Notes: generated from the letters alone by a model not told the origin. DNA of 64,000 nt from Eledone cirrhosa (GCA_964016885.1 OZ024754.1:22134001-22198000); one strand, 5' to 3'. Counted from the first letter of the stretch, positions 35,098 to 49,865 are shown. A program made the numbers and translations.

Positions 35098-38000
35098 CAG
35101 ACGGACAGAGAAGGGAAGGGAAAAACTAAGTCAGACATTCAAACACTACATTACAATGAAACTTATGCTTATTCATTTTTGGGGTTTTTTCTGCCTGTTT
35201 GTTTGTTTATTTGTGTTCGTCTACAGCGTGATAATGCCACACAAAAGTCACGTGGAGTGACGAAACCACCGGAGACGATGAATTCACCGGTGGTTATGTA
35301 ACCATACATTCGCCAATCCTCGATAAGAGTGCTTAAATGTCGAACCTAAACAGTTCGAATAACGGTGAAATGGAGACTAGAATGTCATGTGACGGACTCT
35401 CACCCAACAGGCTGTCAACCAAATACTGCTGGTGTCGGAGGAAGAAGAAGAAGGAAAAGGACCAGAACCAACTGGACGAAAAAATTGAATAGAACTGTTA
35501 TGCAATGTTACCTGAAGAGTAACCCCAAGGAGAAAGGCTATAGGAAACGGATGCATAACATCTGGAACGAGATTGGTCTATTTAAATTAGATGAACAAAA
35601 ATTGGCCGGGCAGGCTCGGGTAATAAGAACTAATGGGTGGATAAGCGAGCTGGAACTGGAGGAACTGAGCAGAGAGATTAGCTTGGAGATGGAGAGTGGA
35701 GTATGCCAGGCAAACGAGCCAGTGGGAAATGAAGGTGAAGAGGTCGAGAGAACGGAGGAACCACCCGAAGCAGACAATGATCTGAATTCTAAGATAAATA
35801 GTACCTGGAACAGAGATACGGCCACTGAGGAGATGAATGCTGACGGGCTAGGACAAGATTTGGTTGATATCCTAAACTTAGTGGTAGATGAATTGAACAA
35901 TGATAGTGGGAGACCTATGAACCTAAGATTTGTAGACAGGAAAAAGTTAAAAGAAACAACAGCTAAGGTAAACAAAGTCATCCCATACCTTGAGGCGAAG
36001 AGCCTTCACCAGTGCAACAATATCCTCAAAGCAACAGCAAATACGGTGAGGAAACTACTTGGTATAAAAGCGAGAGGAAACAACAGACAAGAAAGAGCAG
36101 AGCCTTGGTGGAAGAAACGACTGAGTGGTCAAATCAGGGAAATGAGAAATGACATTGGAAAGCTTGAGTCCCTACTGAATGGGACACTAAAAAACATAGA
36201 CACTAAAAATAGACTGGAAATAAAGTACAAAACTAGGAGGAAAAAGCTAAATATTATCATAGAGGAACTGAAGCAACGCATTGTAGCAAAGAGTGCAAAA
36301 ATCAGGCGATACGAGAACGGAGTCAGTCAGTATATACAGAACCGCATGTTCGACAACAACCAGAAGATGTTGTTTGGACAGCTTGAAGGGAAAGAAAGAG
36401 GCAACGACTTGATCCCTGAGGCGGAACAAACTAAAACATTCTGGATAGGAATATGGGAGCAGGATGTTAAACATAATGACCAGGCAGTGTGGATTGAGAC
36501 AGTACAGAAGGAGATCAGTGAACAGGCACACCAACAAACTGATTTGAGTATCACAGTTGAAACTCTTAAGGGGCAGGCCAAAAAACTAACCAACTGGAAA
36601 TCACCAGGCCCAGATGGTGTGCAGGGGTATTGGATAAAAAATATAACATCCCTCCACCCGAAACTGACAACCATGTTCAATGACTGCTTGATGTCAGGTG
36701 AGGTACCAGAGTGGTTGACAAAAGGTACCACAGTTTTGATAATGAAAGACCGAATCAAGGGTAATGATGTTACCAACTATAGACCTATCACATGTCTGTC
36801 CGTAATGTGGAAACTGTTGACAAGCATTATGTCTGAGGAAATCTACCATCACCTCCACACAAACAACTTGTTACCGGACGAACAGAAAGGATGCCGAAAG
36901 AAGTCACGTGGTACAAAGGACCAGTTACTTATTGATAAGATGGTAATGAGGAATTGCAAGAGGAGACACAGTGGTCTTGCCATGGGATGGATAGACTACA
37001 AAAAGGCATTTGACAGGGTGCCTCATTCTTGGATCACCAAAAACCTGGAGATCTTCAAGGTGGCAGATAACATCAGACAGTTGTTGGGCAAAAGTATGAA
37101 GTCCTGGGAAACAGAGTTAAACATCAACTGGAGAATCCTTGGGAAGCGTGAAGATCAAGAGAGGTATATTCCAGGGAGATAGTCTGTCCCCTCTGTTGTT
37201 TGTCCTTGCCCTGATGCCCCTGACCAGTGTACTGCGAAAAGTGAGAGCAGGATACGGGTTGGGAAAGGGAGGGCTTACCATCAATCACCTCCTCTTCATG
37301 GACGATCTTAAGCTCTTCGGGAAGAGTGAGAAGGAGTTGGATGTGCTTGTTGACACTGTCCGTATTTTCAGCAATGATATATGTATGCAATTTGGTATTA
37401 GTAAGTGTGGAGTCATTGTGATGAGGAAGGGCAAGTTGAGCAGAAGTAACGGAATCCAGATACCAACAGGTGAGATGATAAAGGAAATTGACTCTGAGGA
37501 AGGATACAAGTATTTGGGCGTTCTGGAGGCTGATGACATCAAGAACAAAAAAAAATGAAGGAATTGATAAGAACTGAATACCTTCGGAGAGTAAGGAGCG
37601 TATTAAAGTCACATCTGAACAGTAGGAATGCCATAAGTGCAGTAAATTCCCGAGCTGTGTCAATTATTAGGTACAGTGCAGGAATTCTGAGATGGAATGT
37701 TGCTGAACAAAAAGAAGTGGATAGGAAGACTAGGAAGCTATTGACTATCTACAACATGTTCCACAAGAGGAGTGATGTCGATAGACTCTACTTAAGGAGA
37801 TCTGAGGGTGGAAGAGGTCTTATCAGCATAGAGGACTGTGTTCAGATGGAGAAAAACAACCTACACAAATACGTGACTGATAGTAAGGAGCCAATGCTCA
37901 GAACTGTACTGAAGGAGGGGACAATAGGCCAGGGGATGTCCAAGGAGGAAATAACATCAAGGAGAAAGAGCAGCCTTCAGGAAAAATCCCTTCATAGTAC

Positions 38001-38590
38001 CTTCTTTGAGAGAACTGAGTTTAGAGATCCACAGACATGGAACTGGTTGAAAAGAGGAGACCTTAAAAAGGCTACAGAAGGAATGTTAATGGCTGCGCAG
38101 GAGCAGGCCCTCAAAACGAAGTGGTTGAAACACCACATTTACAAGGAGGAGGCTAGCCCACTGTGCAGGATCTGTGGAGAGAGAGGAGACTGTGGCTCAC
38201 ATTGTATCCGAGTGTAAACACCTAGCCCAGACCCACTATAAGGGCTGGAGACATGATGTGATGGGCAGGGTGATCCACTGGCAACTGTGCAAAGTAAACA
38301 ATTTACCACATTCTGAGAAATGGTATGAGCGTAAGCCAGAGGCGGTGATGGAGAACAATCAGGTGAAGGTGCTGTGGGATTTTAGGATACAGACGGACAA
38401 GAAACTGGAACACAATAGACCTGACCTGGTGGTTGTGGACAAAGAAAAAAGATCGTGCCTGATTGTGGATGTGGCCTGCCCATTCGACACGAGAGTGCAA
38501 GAGAAGGAGAGGGAGAAAATTAACCGATACCAGGACTTAAAGTGGGAGGTAAAAAGGATATGGAACTGCCATGAAGTCAAAGTGATCCCG
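35097..38590 (+). mobile_element. Family B near-full-length copy (frameshifted, 3' end deleted)
   Basis: N-terminal R4/Dong-type NWTKKLNRTVMQCY...GYRKRM...EQKLAGQAR; RT and RLE split across 35365-37182, 37139-37558, 37555-38217, 38174-38599. Confidence 0.9.
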
Positions 38591-41500
38591 TGCCTGTAGA
38601 GCTTATCTCGAACCGGCAGCGCTTCCCGGTAGCACTGCCAGGCCATGGATTTTTGGAAGTTATCCATAGGCCCCGGGCTGAAAGTTCTCCGAAAGAGAGC
38701 AAACAGCTGATCTTCTTCGACGCCCAGGATCTCTCCGAGAATGTCGTCGCTCCCCCCCCCTAGTCCTCTATAGAACGCCGAGGTGGATGTTCCACCGATA
38801 CTGGTGCCCAGCTAGGAGAGGGCAGTGAGCGCCTGGAGACATTCCAGTTTCCAAGCGCTATCCCTCGGTCTTTTTCTGACCCAGGACTGCAGCTCTGGAC
38901 GTGTCTGGTGCTCGACACCACCACGGTGACGTCGTCAGCGTAAGCCGACTCGGATTTCCCGCATCCTAATTCGCGTGGGACGCCCCTCATCGCCCCCAGT
39001 TTGTGCAGTAACGGCTCGTGAGCCAATACGTACAAGAGGGACGAGAGGGGACAGCCCTGGCGGACTGAGCGCATGATGCTGAACGGCTGCGACAGGTAAC
39101 CGTTCACTCTCACAACTGAGTAGATGTCGCTGTAGATTGCTGCGATCCAACCCCTGAAAACGGGCCCGAAACCGGCTGCCTCGAGGACCGCTGCCAGGTA
39201 CCGATGGTCGACCTTATCGAATGCTTTGGATTGATCCAAGTTGATCAGGGCCCCACTCTTGCCAGGTTCCTTAACCACCCTCTCTATGATGTATCGCATG
39301 AGGTGGAGGTTGTCGTGTATGGATCTGTCCGGAATGGCGCATGTATGCGCCTCTCCCACCAGACCCTTGACGACAAGCGCCAACCTCGTTGCTAACACCT
39401 TGGCCAAAATGTTGAACTCTGCGTTTAGCAGGGTTATGGGCCTGAAATTATCGATAACATCCCCCTTGTTCGGGTCTTTTCTCAGCAGCACCACTGCTCC
39501 CCGGCTCACAAAACTGGGAATGCTCCCGTTCTGCTGCCAGTTGCAGTAGACGTCTGCCAAAAGGTCACCGAACAAGTCTGGCATAAATGCATAAAGCTCG
39601 TAGGGCAGACCATCTAAACCTGGCGATTTACCCCTCGTGCAGTTAGCCATCGCTTCTCGTATTTCACCGGCTGTTATTGGCTTTTCGCAACACTGTGCTG
39701 CGGTCGTCGAGAGCCGAGGCAGTCCGTCGAGGTATGCACTGAAGTCCATGCCCCGATCCGGGCCGCCACCGCTCCCGAACAGTTCAGCAAAGTGCTGCTG
39801 AAAAGCTTCACACATCCGCTCGGGTTCGAGCATCACGCACCCGTTTTGGTCAGACAAAGACCGAATTGTGGCTTTGTTGCCACGTCGCGCCTCTGCCCAT
39901 TGGACGGATATTGTCCCCTCGTGTTTCAGAGCACGCGCTCTAGCTCTGACAACGCAGCCTTCGTGTTTTGCGTTGAAGAATTGGTCGAGTGCCAATCTCG
40001 CCACAAGCACGTCGGTTGCGATGCCTGTCCTAAACGCCTCTTCTAGCTTTCTGACTAGCTCTCCCTCTACTCTATTTCCTCTATCACTACTCCTTTGCTA
40101 AACCTAATCGACTCTACTTTAATTGCCCTTTTCAGGGCGAACCACCACCTGTTGTTGACGACCGCTCCCGTCAACGCCCGCTTAACTAATACGCTAATCC
40201 GGTCTCTGTAGGCTTTGCGCGCCGGGAAAGACGCGTTCAGCTTCCAGTAACCAGGCCCTTGTCTATGAAGTCTGTCTATGTCGATCTCACAGATCACAGA
40301 TGTGTGGTCTGTGTAGTCGACTATTTTAAATTGTGGACAACTTATACTAGCCTTATCTAGTTCTCTGCAGAATACCCTATCGAGATACGATCTGGATGAC
40401 CCGATGCGGTTTGTCCATGTCCACATTGGGACATTCGGGTGATCCAGTCGATACCTGTCAGACAGTTCAAAACGTCTAAGCAGGTTGGTGAGGCTCTTGC
40501 ACCCTCCTCTCCTATCCACTAGCCCCACACGATCCCAGCGTGCATCCAAGATACCGTTCCAGTCGCCCACTAACACTAAAGAGCGGGACGTTCCAAGAAA
40601 GGTCTCTAGACGTCTGAAGAAATCTGGCCGTCCTGCCCCTGTTGGGGCGTAGACGGCTACTAGCCTGAAAGCATTGCCTTCGCTGCCGGTCACGTCCAGC
40701 ACCACCGACTTACCTTCTGGGTCCAGGAAGATGGCCCGTATCGCGAGATCCAAGCCTCTCCAAAAAAATGACGGCAACCCCTCCCCCCGATCCTGGACGG
40801 CTGGGAGATGCGTATACATCGTAGCCGCCGAAGATCGGTGCGAAGGCTTGTGCTTCGGAGATTCTGGTTTCACTGATGGCCACCACATCTATGTTTAGTG
40901 ACCTGAGGTCATTGAGCAGGTAACCCTGCTTCCAAGATGATCCCAGGCCACGTGCATTTATACTGCCTATTCTGAGTACAGCCATGTTGGATGAGAAACG
41001 GGGCAAGTGAGAAAGGGTCACTTACCTTGTTCGTGTGGTGAAGGGACAATAGAACCGTCCCTTTCGCTGGTCATGGGTGTTTCCAAGAGGATGTTAGTGT
41101 ATATCCTCTTGGTAACCGACCCTCTGAAGTCTCCAACTGCGTTGGGGAATTTTTGTTTTAAAGGTTTGTACTGTTCTATTGAGAGTTCGATGATGCTTAT
41201 GTTTGTCGGGAGAGTTCTTGGTGTTGGTGGGTGTAGTAGTTTTTTTCTGTGATGTCTGTGTGCTGCTTTATATATTGTATGAGTTCTTTTTTTGCCATGT
41301 TTATGGCTGTGTACTTTTTGGCGGGAGGGGTGATTTTGTTGCTGTTTTCTTCTTGTTGCTGTTTGGTGTGTGTGTCTTGTTGTGTTTGCGTTGTTGGTGT
41401 TTGTGGTGGTGATGGTGGTGGTGTTGCTGCAAGTTTCCTTGCTGCCTTTACCCCTCTTTGTATGCCTTCGCTTTTGGAGGGTGAATCTAAGGGTTTTTTT

Positions 41501-43306
41501 GTTTTTTGTTTTTTATGGCAGACCGTTTGCCACTTCACTCCCGCCTCAAACTCCATGTCGGATTCTGTGGCGTCTGGGAGGGGTATGTGCTCCACGGCTA
41601 TTGGTGGTGGTAGTGGAGCCCTCTTCGACAATTTTGTTGCTGGTGTAGCTACTTCAAATGGAGCTATTGGTGTTGCCGCTACTGATGCTGCTGCTTTAGT
41701 TGTCCGTGGCCTTGGTACGGGTGCTACGGACGTTGCTCTCCTACTCACCGTGGAAGGGGCTTCTTCGTTTGTTGCCTGCCCTGCTCTTGGTAGCAGCGGA
41801 CCAGGTATTGGAAGGAGATGGGCCTTCTTCGCTGTCTTCTGCGGGCAAAAGGCCCTGGGGTGACCCTTCGACCCACAGAGATAACATTTTGGTCGTCTTC
41901 CTTCTACACTTATAGGGAGTTGGAGTCCTTCTTCGATGTCTATGATATCGGGGATAGCGTCGATACATTCCTGGTCAGTTTGTATAAGCATTTGCATGCC
42001 TATACCTGACCAGTTCTCTCTCCCTATTTTTTCTACTTGCAGCATGGTCGCCCTGTTCTCGATTCCAGCAAGGACAGACGCGACCAGCCAAGGTATGGGC
42101 ACGTCGGGTAGGACCTGTGTCACTTTGACCCTCACAATTTTCTGCCCGCAGTAGGAAGGCACCAAGACTATCTCCTCACTCTTTAGGGTTTCCAAAGAGT
42201 GAGACTTTGCTTCCTGGGGGGGGGGGGAAGTACATCTACTGTGGCGTACTTTCTGCCTCGGGTGATGTGGGTTTTGCGTGCCCAGACGCACCCTAAGGCC
42301 TTTTGGATATGAGCCTCCGTGGCTCTCTCCACTCGATGTGAGATTTTGCTTACGGTGCGGTAAGTCACCGTCCGTAGCTGCTGGTCCTTGAAAAAATCGG
42401 GTGGAGGTTTCAGGGAAACTCTACTTGCGCTTCTTGCCACCATGGCCCTTGCGACTGCCATCTCCTCCTCTGTGACTAACACTGTCTCGATATTTCGGGC
42501 GACACCTGCAAAAGAAGTGGTCCCTTTTTCAGCAGCACCACTACTGCTGCCGCTACTGGTCTTGCTGGTGGTGCTGAGATCGCTATTACAGGTATCGGTG
42601 TCATTGTTGTTGTTTTCGTTGGTACAGTTGTTGGTGTTGTTGTTTTCGTTGATACTGTTGCTGTTGTTACTGTTATTGTGGCTATTGTTATTATTGTTGT
42701 TTTTGTTGATACTGTTCCTACTATTATTGTTGTTGTGGTTGTTGTTATTATCATTGTTATTGTCGTTCTCGACTTTACCGCTGTTATTTTTGTTATTGTC
42801 GTTCTCGACCTTACCGCTGTTATTTTTGTTTTTGTCGTTCTCGACTTTACCGCTGTTATTTTTGTTGTTGCTGTTGTTATTGATGGTGTTGTTGTTGGTG
42901 TTGTTGTTGGTTTGTTTGTGTTAGAAATATTTGTTAATTTTAAATCTGTAACAATCTTTTTTTCCTTTGTAATATTTTCGTTTATATTTACCTACGCTGG
43001 AACGCTGTCTTGTTGACATGCTGATAAAGTCTCCCTCTCTCTGTGTGTTGTCTGACAGCGCTCTCTCTCTTTCTTGTGTTATCCATGTTGAAATTTAAAA
43101 AAAATAAATATTTTTACACAAATACGAATACGAATACGACACCCCGTAAAGGGGTGCCGTATTATTTACTAGTGAACCCCTGTATTAGATGGGTCACTTC
43201 TTCTAAACTTTTATCAAATTTAAAACTTGAATAAAAGGTTTAGAACGGTTGAAAACGAGGTAAAACGTTGAAAAAAACTGGAGGCGATAAGAAGCGTGGC
43301 TCCACC
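38590..43306 (-). mobile_element. Tx1/L1-like element A2 (diverged subfamily), decayed, 3' end deleted
   Basis: Broken ORF2 (MAVLRIGSINARGL at ~40985; YADD) and ORF1 (RPKCYLCGSKGHPRAFC); 5' end abuts (CAA)/(TAA)n. Confidence 0.9.
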
Positions 43307-43315
43307 AACAACAAC

Positions 43316-43372
<57 letters not shown>

Positions 43373-43375
<3 letters not shown>

Positions 43376-44218
43376 TTTAACCCATCAGTGGTTGGCATCC
43401 TCTGGACTGAAATCGGAAACTGAAGGACTGATTATATCGGCACAAGATCAGTGTCTGCCAACAAAAAATTACCAAGCCAACATAATAAAAAATGGGTGCA
43501 GCCAATTATGCCGTGTATGCAAAAAACAACCAGAGACCATTGACCATATAATTTCAATGTGCAGTCCTATAGCTCCAACCGAATACCTAAACAGGCATGA
43601 CAGCGCTGCACAATACATACATTGGATAATGTGTAAGCATTTTGACCTGCCCCATCAAAAGAATTGGTGGGAGCATCAACCACCTCCCATACTTGAAAAA
43701 GATCATATCTCAATCTTGTGGAACTTTAGCATCCAAACAGACCGAAAAATAGATGCAAACAGACCTGATATAATATTGAAAGACTTTCAAAAGAGGGTAT
43801 GCCTGCTAATTGATATGTATGTTCCAATAGACAAGAATGTATCTATAAAAACATTTGAAAAATTGAGCAAGTATAAGGACCTGGAGATAGAAATTGGAAA
43901 AATGTGGAAATTGAGAACTAAAACAATACCAGTGGTTGTAGGCGCTCTGGGAATGATACCTAAGGGGTCTAATGATTACATATCGCAAATCCCAGGAAAC
44001 CCGCGTATAGGAGAAATACAAAAGATAGTACTAATGGGAACTGCCCATATACTAAGGAAGATTCTGTCAATATAAGTACATCACAAGTCTAAACACTAAA
44101 GATGCATGTGTGAATATGTATGTTCTTTCTTGAACATGGCGGACCTTGTTGTCTCTTGAGGTCACTGGTTGTGACTTGGTGATAACTCGTATGAACATAA
44201 AGCAAGATAAATGCAACT

Positions 44219-44219
<1 letters not shown>
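43373..44219 (+). mobile_element. Family C 3' fragment
   Basis: Matches ~32655-33501; (TAA)n both sides. Confidence 0.9.
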
Positions 44220-44259
<40 letters not shown>

Positions 44260-44261
<2 letters not shown>

Positions 44262-45890
44262 AGTAGTTAATGCGAATAACAATAACAATAATTTAAACGC
44301 ATATAGTAGAACACCTAGAAATATTAACAATGATTATACGAACAGTTTAGTTTATGGAAATAGCATAGAATTGAACTGTAACTGTAGAAGGAAATCTGAA
44401 TGCCCTTTACAAATTAATTGCCTTGATAACAAATTTAGTGTGTAAATCTACCATTAAAACAAATAATAATATTACTTATAACTCCGTAGGTGCAACTTCA
44501 TCGAACTTTAAACTTCGCTTTTCCAATCATAAACATTCTTTCTCTAATCCAGATAAAAAAATTTCTACTTCATTATCACAATTAATATGGTCTTTAAAAG
44601 AGAAAAATATAAAATACTCAATTTCTTGGGTTAAACCTAGAAACTCTGAATCCTATCGGAACGCTTCCATCTCACCAATCTGCAATCTTTTTAATTTGGA
44701 AACTCTATTAATAATTACTAATTATGGTAATTTAATTAAGAAAAACGAGTTATTTGCAACCTGCCTCCATAAATCTTGAAAAATATTTCAAGCATCATAT
44801 AAATTTAGAAAAAAACACAGATTGGGTGAAAGAAAAAATATTGACTTTTATTAATAATTCTTGAAATGCTACTGTTGTTATTATGTATAATGTTTTACCT
44901 TACCTTATAAAATTGCATATTGGTTCTTTTATATAGTAAGTTAATCTCATGATTGACTAAATACCTTTAGTTCGGTTTTAGAATCGTCTTTGTATAACTT
45001 GAATTTTCTAAATTTGCGATTTGAAATACCTCCTGGCTTTAAAAGCATTTAGCTAATTTAAATGATCTGATATGCTGAACGGAGTTCATTTGTTTACATT
45101 CATCGTATATAATTAATAATTCAATATTTTGTTACAAAATTCAAAAATCAGAGACAAAATATTGAATTATTAATTTAACTATGCTTCTGATTATCATTGA
45201 AAATATTTTATATTGTTTAATTTTGATATAATATATTAGTATAATTTGCTCAAACATAACCAAATACAATAGATAGTAAAAATTTCACGGTATTTAATTG
45301 ATCGCTTCTACATGACTTAATATTTGAAAACAACGGTCACGCTTCATGTCCCTTTCTTCTTTCTTTCTTTCTTTCCTGTTGCAGTTATGTATTCCATCCT
45401 CTCTTTTATCTCACTCTCCCTCCTTTTTATCTTCATCTTTTTATCTTTTTTCCCTCTTCCCTTCTATTTAGCACTCGCTCTCTCTCTCTTCTGTTTCTTC
45501 TCTAACACGGATATTTACGCATTTAAATATTTTAACATTTATGTACTTATGTGTTTATTTATTTCTTCTATATTTTCTCATACTCACCCCCTCTTGGTAC
45601 TTATATCTCGCTCCACATCCCTCACTTCATCATATTTAGTTTGTCATGTTATTTCTTGTGGTATATAAATGTTGAGATTTGTTGTAATAAATCACTGCTA
45701 ATACTGGAATTGAACCATCAAGACAGTTGAGGTATATCATACATCAATTCGTGTATTTTATCTGACGAGGAGGTACTGAAAAAACAGCACAGTACCTTCG
45801 AAATATATATAATAAAACATATATTTTCATTATGTGAATGTCTTCATTTATTAATATTTGGAATAATATGGGTATATATACATATGTATA
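44260..45890 (+). mobile_element. Penelope-like element P4 (Asn-rich linker, GIY-YIG remnant, 3' UTR)
   Basis: NCNCRRKSECPLQINCL, SVGATSSNFKLRFSNHKHSF, ICNLFNLE; HHR at 45756. Confidence 0.8.
45756..45817 (+). ncRNA. Type I hammerhead ribozyme (P4 pLTR)
   Basis: ttttat CTGACGA ggaggtactg...cagtaccttc GAAA tatata TA / ataaaa. Confidence 0.85.
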
Positions 45891-45906
45891 TATATATATG
45901 TATATA

Positions 45907-46530
<624 letters not shown>

Positions 46531-46561
46531 AAGAATCAAAGAACTGTTCAAAACATTATTG

Positions 46562-46608
46562 TGCTTACAGCTGTTTCCTCCAAACCGAGGTTTGGATTCT
46601 TCGGAGCA
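46562..46608 (-). ncRNA. Type I hammerhead ribozyme (P5 3' pLTR)
   Basis: tgct CCGAAGA atccaaacc-tc-ggtttggag GAAA cagctg TA / agca. Confidence 0.8.
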
Positions 46609-48030
46609 ATTTATTAATGCATGGACAGTTATATGACCTCCTTTTCAGCCGAGAGACATACCAATACATATTCAAACATTGATACATATTCAAACATTGT
46701 GGGTCAACATTCATTACAGAATTTAGAGTGGCAGTACACACTTCGAGATTACATTTATATTAATAGGTACAATCAAAAATCAAAGATATAGGTTAAAGTA
46801 CAACATGAAGATAAGTGGTTATATAGTGCAAATGTTATATGTGTGGCACGCATGTGCGTCTTGTTTATATAGTGTGGCAGAGAGATATGTGTGGTAGAGG
46901 CACTTAGGTAGGTAAATAAGAGTGTTAGGTTGGTAGATCTGGTGGCAAAGTCTTTATATGATTGATATAGTCTGTGTGTGGAGAAATATTATAAGCATTA
47001 AAGATAGTGCAAGCATTAAAAGTGTTATAAGTATTGGAGATGCACAGCGCAGGGATGTCAAGTAATTCATGTACTTCGGCATTTTCATGGTCAAGGGAGT
47101 GTATATTTCGATTATATGCCTTTCACATAATCCACGACAATCCAGTTAGAGATCGTAGTCTGGTGTTCTTTAGTTCGATACAGGAGGTTGTTACGTTTCG
47201 AGAAACGCCATTGAATACCGGAAGTGTGTGTGTGGCTAAGGGGAGTTAATGCATGCGGGGAGGTAACTCTGGGGTTTCTATATCTAGCCATTAAAATGTG
47301 TCCCAATATAGACCCTAAATTCTATGGTGAAGTGCACCTTCCAGGAGAGACTTTTAAAGCATAAAGTGTACTAACTATAGAGTAGTTTAACTAGATTATG
47401 CTGAAGGTGATCATATTATTATTAAGGTGGATTAACCCATCTTAAGGTGCTACAAATGGAAATTATAGATGATGAGCGAGGATTCTAAATTAATGATCTC
47501 TGTGGTTGTAGTCTGCTCATATGACCAGGCGCGGTGATTGCAGGATTGCTTCAGGACCCAATGATCTCTGGTAAGATCTGGGTCATCGCTTGCTACATTG
47601 GATGTCGAAAGATAATCGTCCCCAGGCAGGCCAAAGGTCAATCCGCAGTCCTCGCGACCCCTCTCTGACCGTCAGATCATCCATATACGTACAACCCGCA
47701 CGGCAGTTGCATTGCATTCACTCACTGCGCTCAGCAGCCCGGTCCTACTGGTCAACAGCGCTACTCGATTAAATCATTTTACATCTGTCTAAGGAAGGTG
47801 TTTCCTCTGCCCAACACCATCCAACCGATCAATTCATGCTCAAATTACCCTTAGAGCGGTGTAGTGCCGTCCAAGTGGGTGGATGTTGTCACACCTGCCG
47901 TAGAGGTATAAATGGGTATTTTCCCTGCGAAGGGTTCCAGAGGGATGTCGTTGTTTGTGTTATAATGGATCAGCTAGTGTTGGGTATGTAGTATAGGGTG
48001 TGTCTCTGGTGTTTGATGCTAGATGTGGTG

Positions 48031-49865
48031 TTAGGTTCCAGTCCGACATTGCCATATATAGGGCTTAAAGTTTTGGAAGGAATGTCTGAGGCGGTGCTGG
48101 CAAGTTGCAAACACCTCAGATTTTTTGTTAAGTAGGTTACGGTTGGAGAAGATAATATTGTGTGTCTCTAGTATACAGAGGTTACAGAATTTATTAGGTG
48201 GTTTGTACGAGGTCGCGCTGCCTATCACTTCCCATTTGAGTGTGTATGGTTTATTTTTAGATTTTAGATAGTGTATGTAGCTAGAAAGTGAGGTGGAGTT
48301 GGCTAGGCTGTGCTTTTTGAACGAGTGGATGTGCGAGTTATATCTGATTTTGAAGCAGTTAGAAGTGGAGCCTACATAGGTTTCTGAAGAGTTATTAGTC
48401 GTGACTGTGCATGAGTATATGACATCCTTGGTTAGGCATTTTTTATCTAAAGGGCAGGTTCTATTAGCTCTACAGTTACAATTATTCTGTGCGTTAGTCC
48501 GCTGGTTATAATGCAATGCGGAAGTCTGTGTGGTGGATATAGGATTTTGGGTGTTCGGGTTGACAACCCTGGTGTTATTACTTATACTAGTGTTATTTCT
48601 ATTGTTACTGCCGTTGCTATTGTTGCTTGCTACAGTGGTATTTAGAGGGTTTGCATCCCGTTGTGATTTTGTTTGTTGGAAGTAAGAACTAATTTTACTA
48701 TTATTGCTGCTAGCTATGTGGTATGCTAAGTTAGGCGTCGTAGAGTATGAGATTTTAATGGTGTTTTTGTTTAAGAGGTTGTGGTACTTGTGTCCTAGAG
48801 GGAAGTTTTTATCTAGTAGTGAGAAGAAAGCCCTAGGTATGTTGGTGGAGGCATTTAGGTTGAAAGGAGGGTTGAAAAATGTATTATTTCTTCTTCTATT
48901 TTTGCTTTTAGTGTTTGGTGTGTTGCTTCCTCCTAAGGCCTCACAGTAGTTTCCATGGTAATGGTTACTTCCGGTGGCACCCTCCGCTTTGGTGTACTTG
49001 TGGTTGCTATTCCTATTATTAGATTTCCTCATGGACATGTTGTGCGAGATGATGTTGTAGCTATGTGTTTTCTTAGGTAGGAACTCAATTTCTATATTAT
49101 GGCCGGAGCTAGCTAATGCTTGATTGTAATATTGTGAGTTTTTGCTAAATATGTTTGCGTCATAGGACAGACTAGAGATTCTATTGGACACCCCCTTAGA
49201 GATAGAGTTTAATATTGATCTAGGGTGATTAGACTTGGTATCTACGTAAATAAGTTTCTCATTAGGCTTATGGAAAGGTGTATATATTTTTGAGTCTAGG
49301 TATAGTGTGGCGTCTAGGAAGTTAACATTTTTAGTGTTTTTGTCCATGGTGATACTAAGGTTAAAGTTTTTGAATGTCTTATGCAGTTGTTTTCTAGTTC
49401 TTTCTATATTAAATTTTTTATATTCTATGAGTAGAAGTGCATCATCGCGGTACAAACCACCGTTGAGGTAAGGGAGGTCTTTATGGATTTCATTGAGGAG
49501 GTATAGGCCGACCAAATCAGTGACCTGCGCCGAGTCACTAGATCCCATGGTTATGTCGAAGTTGTTGTGCGTATCCTTGCGTGTCCATAGTTGGTCCTCG
49601 AAGGTGATTATGGTTTTACGGGCCGCAAGGATGACATCAACCTGGGCTCTAGTCAGGTCGCTATTGGTCATGGCCATGATAAGTGCCTTATTTAATAGGA
49701 TAGGGGAAATAGAGGTGTAGTATGAATTGATATCAAATTGAATAAATTTTTTGTTCTTATTATTCTTGATATCCTTAAACCATTCAATTACTTCACCCGT
49801 ATTTCCCCATTGTTTAAGGTGTAACTTGTGTTTAATTTGTGGGATGATTTTATCCAAAATCTTGA
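48031..49865 (-). CDS. PLE RT + GIY-YIG endonuclease, open but 5'-truncated
   Basis: FIQFDINSYY, FDITMGSSDSAQ, LYRDD, FFNPPFN, CNCRANRTCPLDKKCL, VIYSC...TYVGST...FKIRYNSH...CNLCILE; the first ~34 codons of the listed ORF come from the inverted arm. Confidence 0.85.
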
